A DNA stretch of 54,883 bases, the filler included, from Basidioascus undulatus (taxonomy: Eukaryota), in assembly GCA_000826855.1 (NCBI GenBank). It is 3 parts of 3 records of this genome, joined end to end, with 100 filler letters (N's around TTAATTAATTAA, not from the genome) between each part and the next. Parts side by side here need not be neighbours in the genome. Positions count along the whole stretch, not along the records: positions 36,663 to 54,883 come from JTLS01000480.1; 2 more parts are not named here. One strand, 5' to 3'. Within the stretch, counting starts at the first letter, position 1; every line of letters starts with the position of its first letter. The notes below the pieces were generated by a model. The model did not search any database, was not told the origin of the DNA, and was given only the letters and a program-made list of their open reading frames with translations. Shown here piece after piece: positions 51,589-54,883 of the stretch. A program made the position numbers and the translations under genes.

Positions 51589-52315
51589 GATGAGTGGGGA
51601 GTAATAAGTGGCATATGAGTGAGACAGGAGTTTTCGAATGAAAGTTTACTGAGGGAGAGCGGGCGTTGCTCGTCGGCACCCGGCGCTGATGGTGGTTGAC
51701 AAGACTCGCCGAGGCGCCTTTGTCGCACGAGCTCAACACCTTCGCGGCTAGTTGGTGGTCGCTGGTCATCAGGAGAGAAGGTACTCCGATGGCTTTCCCA
51801 TTCTTCTGGCTGAAGATCTGGCTCGCCATCGGAGCACCGCACGCAAAGGAGAACGCAGGGTACGAAGCCTGCTCGCCTCGGCCCAGCTGCGACACCGCTT
51901 TGCTGAACCCTTACAAGTGACAAGAGTCTTCTCGAGGGGTGTGTGTGTGGATACGCTAAAATATGGTTTTCTGAGGTACAGCTTGGATGCGGAAATTTGT
52001 GGTGTGGATGGTGACAAACCCGCGTCGCTGCGATGTCAGCCGGGAATGTAGAAGAGATTCAGTCCGGAAAGTCTTGTAACACCTGAATAAAAAGGTAAAG
52101 GAGATCAACATGGTAGCGTTCTTAGTCCCGTAGACGAGACCTTATTCCTCGCGACTGCGTACAACTGCGTCCGTCACACACGAAAGACAGATTCAATCGT
52201 TCAAGTTCATTTCAAAATACGTTTCACAACGTTTATCGAGTTGGACGAGGCCCGTTTCGGTTTCCATCAACAAGACCTTATCAGGGAGATCTTGATTCGT
52301 TCACTACCCATTTGT

Positions 52316-52767
52316 TCACTACCCATCAAACCGGCACCGGCACAAGTGTCAGCCTCCCCAGCTCCAAGCCAGTCCGCGGAACATGTGCACTCACGCAAGA
52401 GCAAGCCTGCTTCTTGTCGGCGCAGCCGCAGCCCTGGCTCGAGCCGGCGCAAGAGCACTGTGGACCGATCTATCGTCAGGCTGTGTGCCCTCACAGAACC
52501 TCACAGACTGGGACAGGACGAGGGGAGAGTGTGGAACAGGAGTGACGCACCTTGTTGGAATGCTGCGCGTTTGCGCAACCCTGGCACGAGCACTGGCCAG
52601 GCTGGCAGTTGCAGTTGGAGGCGGCGGACTTGCAGTCACTTTTAATGGGAGACCCCAGCCGTTACAGACATCAGCGATCAGCGACGGAACGAAGGAAAGT
52701 GGCAGCGACAATGAAAGCCACGTGAGAGTGAAACGCACGCGCAGTCCTGCTTGCACGAGCACGCCAT
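52316..52767 (-). CDS. Metallothionein-like protein (60 aa, 15 Cys), 4 exons
   Basis: Exons 52767-52739, 52638-52551, 52457-52395 and 52318-52316 give MACSCKQDCADCKSAASNCNCQPGQCSCQGCANAQHSNKCSCAGSSQGCGCADKKQACSC*. CxC motifs, no aromatic residues, GT-AG introns with matching phases. Confidence 0.88.
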
Positions 52768-53058
52768 CTTTGCTGTTTGAGGATTAGAGTTCGAGGAGGG
52801 GTTGTAGGAGGACTGAGGAGGTCGTCGTGATGGTGGGAAGAGGAGGAGGACCGCGTCGGTCTGTGTTCAAGAGGAGCGGGAGCAGAGCGTGGCGCAGATA
52901 TGGATGCGGTCATTCTGCGATGATAGCACAAATAGCTCAGGTGATGTCTCCATGCCCATGCAGTTCAAGTACTATAAAAACTACAGTATGTGACACACCT
53001 TCCCATGTCTTCACCCGACACCGGAGCTCGAAAGCTGTCGAAGCAGTCTAGACTCCCA

Positions 53059-53089
53059 GTGGCATGGGCAAGGTGGCATGGGCAAGGTG
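53059..53089. repeat. 14-bp tandem duplication GTGGCATGGGCAAG x2 upstream of the metallothionein-like gene
   Basis: Read directly from the sequence. Confidence 0.85.
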
Positions 53090-53720
53090 TAAGTTATCAA
53101 GGGTGTACCAACGGCTGGTGAACCTGGTCGTGTACCGAAAGGCAGCAGGAACTCGTAGGTGAGGCAGGCAAGAGCAGTACTCAAAGAGGTTCTTATGCTT
53201 GCTCGACTGCAGCCTCCGGGTTTTTATGTTCCCTAGCCTTCCTCGAGGCGCTTTCCGAGCTTCGAAACTCGCTGGTCCGCATCACTACTCCTGGATTTGA
53301 TAACGCCGTAAAGGTAGGATCCATCGTTTACAACTTGCTCACTCGAAGCACAGATCTACGAGTCTGACCGTCGGCTGCCCCGGACACACCGGCCGCCACA
53401 CTCAACCACAGACGAGGATTGAAGATGTTTATACCACATGGTTCAGATACAATGAAAAATATGTTACTACGAGAGTGTGAGAGAGAGATGGAGACGGATT
53501 GAAAAGGGAGGAATGGTGATACGGGAAGCGTGATGGGCGAAGCATTGAAGGTCGTGAGAATGGGACGTGTGAGGAGAGCGATAAGCCCTTTGCGAAGAAA
53601 CGTGGAGGACACTGGCGGAGAAAAGGAAAGGAGCAGAACGTGAAAGAGAAGGGGCAAAAAATCGGAGGGGCAGGAAGAGAAAGAGGCACGAGGGAGGGGA
53701 AGAGGAGCAGCAGCGAGCGA

Positions 53721-54883
53721 TCACTGCGACAGCCACTCGGGCGGGGGGTCGTCCGGCCCAAACTCGGCGGTGCCGCCGGGGAAGATCTCGTCAAAGACGT
53801 GCTTGCCGCTGACGTGCAGCTCGCCGAGGAGTTCGACGCCCTGTTCGCCAGACATCCACTGCAGCCCGCATCAACCGCCTCAAGTCAGCCGGGCCGCATC
53901 GGAATAGAAGGTTTGGGAGGGAGAGAGGAGACGCACCGCCTCGCGCCTGCGCTCGCGCTCGTCCTCCCACATCTCCTCGAACGCCGCGCAGAGGTGCTTG
54001 AGCCCAAAGAGGTACCCCATATCCGGACCATCCGGGTTCTTCGGCGGGAAGCGCGCGTGCGGCAATCCCGTCTCGGCATCCAGCTTGGCGTTGTACCCTC
54101 CGGCGCGGAGGCGCGGGAGCTCGGCGCCGACACCCGAGGGCAGCGGGGGGAGGAAGTCGTGTCCGGTAGTGCAGTGCGCAAAGTCGATGATCTTGATGTT
54201 GATTTCGCCCCTTCTCCTGCGTGGCTCGCTGACGTTCGCGGCGGACGGGTCGGCGTCGAGGTCGAGGTCGAGCGCGGCGCGGCGGTCGGGGTTGCGGCGG
54301 AGGGAGTCGGCGAGCTTGCGCTGGACGGTGTCGTCGCCGTCGTAGAGGAAGAGGAGCGAGGACGCGTAGAAGCGGTAGCCCTTGAGGCCGAAGATGATGC
54401 GCGCGAGCCGGTACAGCTTGGCGAGGATCGTCGGGATGTGGTGCACGAGAAAGCGGTCGCCGTTGCGGAGGAACGCCGCGAGCGCGCGCGTAAAGTTGGA
54501 CGCCTTGACCTGCCGCCCAAAGTACTTGTCCTGGAACGTGTACTCGCCCGAGCGTACGTTGTAGACCTGTCATTCCACCCATCACGCACACCCAACACGT
54601 ACACCGTCAGTTCTTCATCCTTCCCAACCACCCAACCACCTTCTATTCCTCGCTGCTCCTGGGCCCCCGACGCACCTGTGTCCCGCACAACCGCAGCCCC
54701 AAGCTGTAGCTCGTCGTCTTCCTGCACTTCTTCTGCTGGCTCTTCTTCTTCTCCTCGCTCGCGTCGACGCCGTACTGACGCGTGCCCATCTTGAGGTCGA
54801 GCACGCACGGGCACTTGAGCCGGCCCGTCAAGTCCTCCATGAGGAGGTACTGCTCCTGCCGCGTCGGCTCGCCCATCAGCGAC
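53721..54883 (-). CDS. KCS1: Inositol polyphosphate kinase (IPK family, IP6 kinase Kcs1-like), 3' part
   Basis: [29 protein letters not shown] (PxxxDxKxG), [37 protein letters not shown] (SSLL motif), [18 protein letters not shown]. Confidence 0.93.

Noticed and set aside
52391..52762. 123-aa ORF with a hydrophobic start as a secreted protein
   Set aside because: The hydrophobic stretch is intron 1 of the metallothionein-like gene; the spliced Cys-rich frame explains the region better.
5150..54883. Phytase plus IP6 kinase as an inositol-phosphate gene cluster
   Set aside because: They are more than 45 kb apart and separated by two assembly gaps, and KCS1 is a housekeeping gene.

Overview
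Intron-rich, GC-rich eukaryotic DNA from a basidiomycete fungus (short GT-AG introns with GTGCG/GTGAG donors and CTGAC/CTAAC branch sites; the narrower lineage cannot be fixed from sequence). Three contigs are joined by artificial 100-nt N/TTAATTAATTAA spacers. Conserved genes: GH5 endo-beta-mannanase, histidine acid phosphatase/phytase (probably damaged), O-methyltransferase, EamA/DMT transporter, NIF3, 3' part of UTP10, L-2-hydroxyglutarate dehydrogenase, a Rossmann-fold protein, 3' part of an IP6 kinase (KCS1-like), tRNA-Gly(CCC) and an intron-containing tRNA-Met(CAT). These are interleaved with secreted Cys-rich proteins and decaying F-box/BTB paralogs and other pseudogenes. The best hidden signals, both missed by the ORF track, are a 4-exon, 60-aa, 15-Cys metallothionein-like gene whose last coding exon is only the stop codon (52316-52767, minus) and a 3-exon 57-aa Tudor/SH3-like microprotein (38584-38923, minus). 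No CRISPR array or intact transposon was seen, and I found no convincing novel multi-gene system. All gene models are manual and boundaries are approximate where stated.
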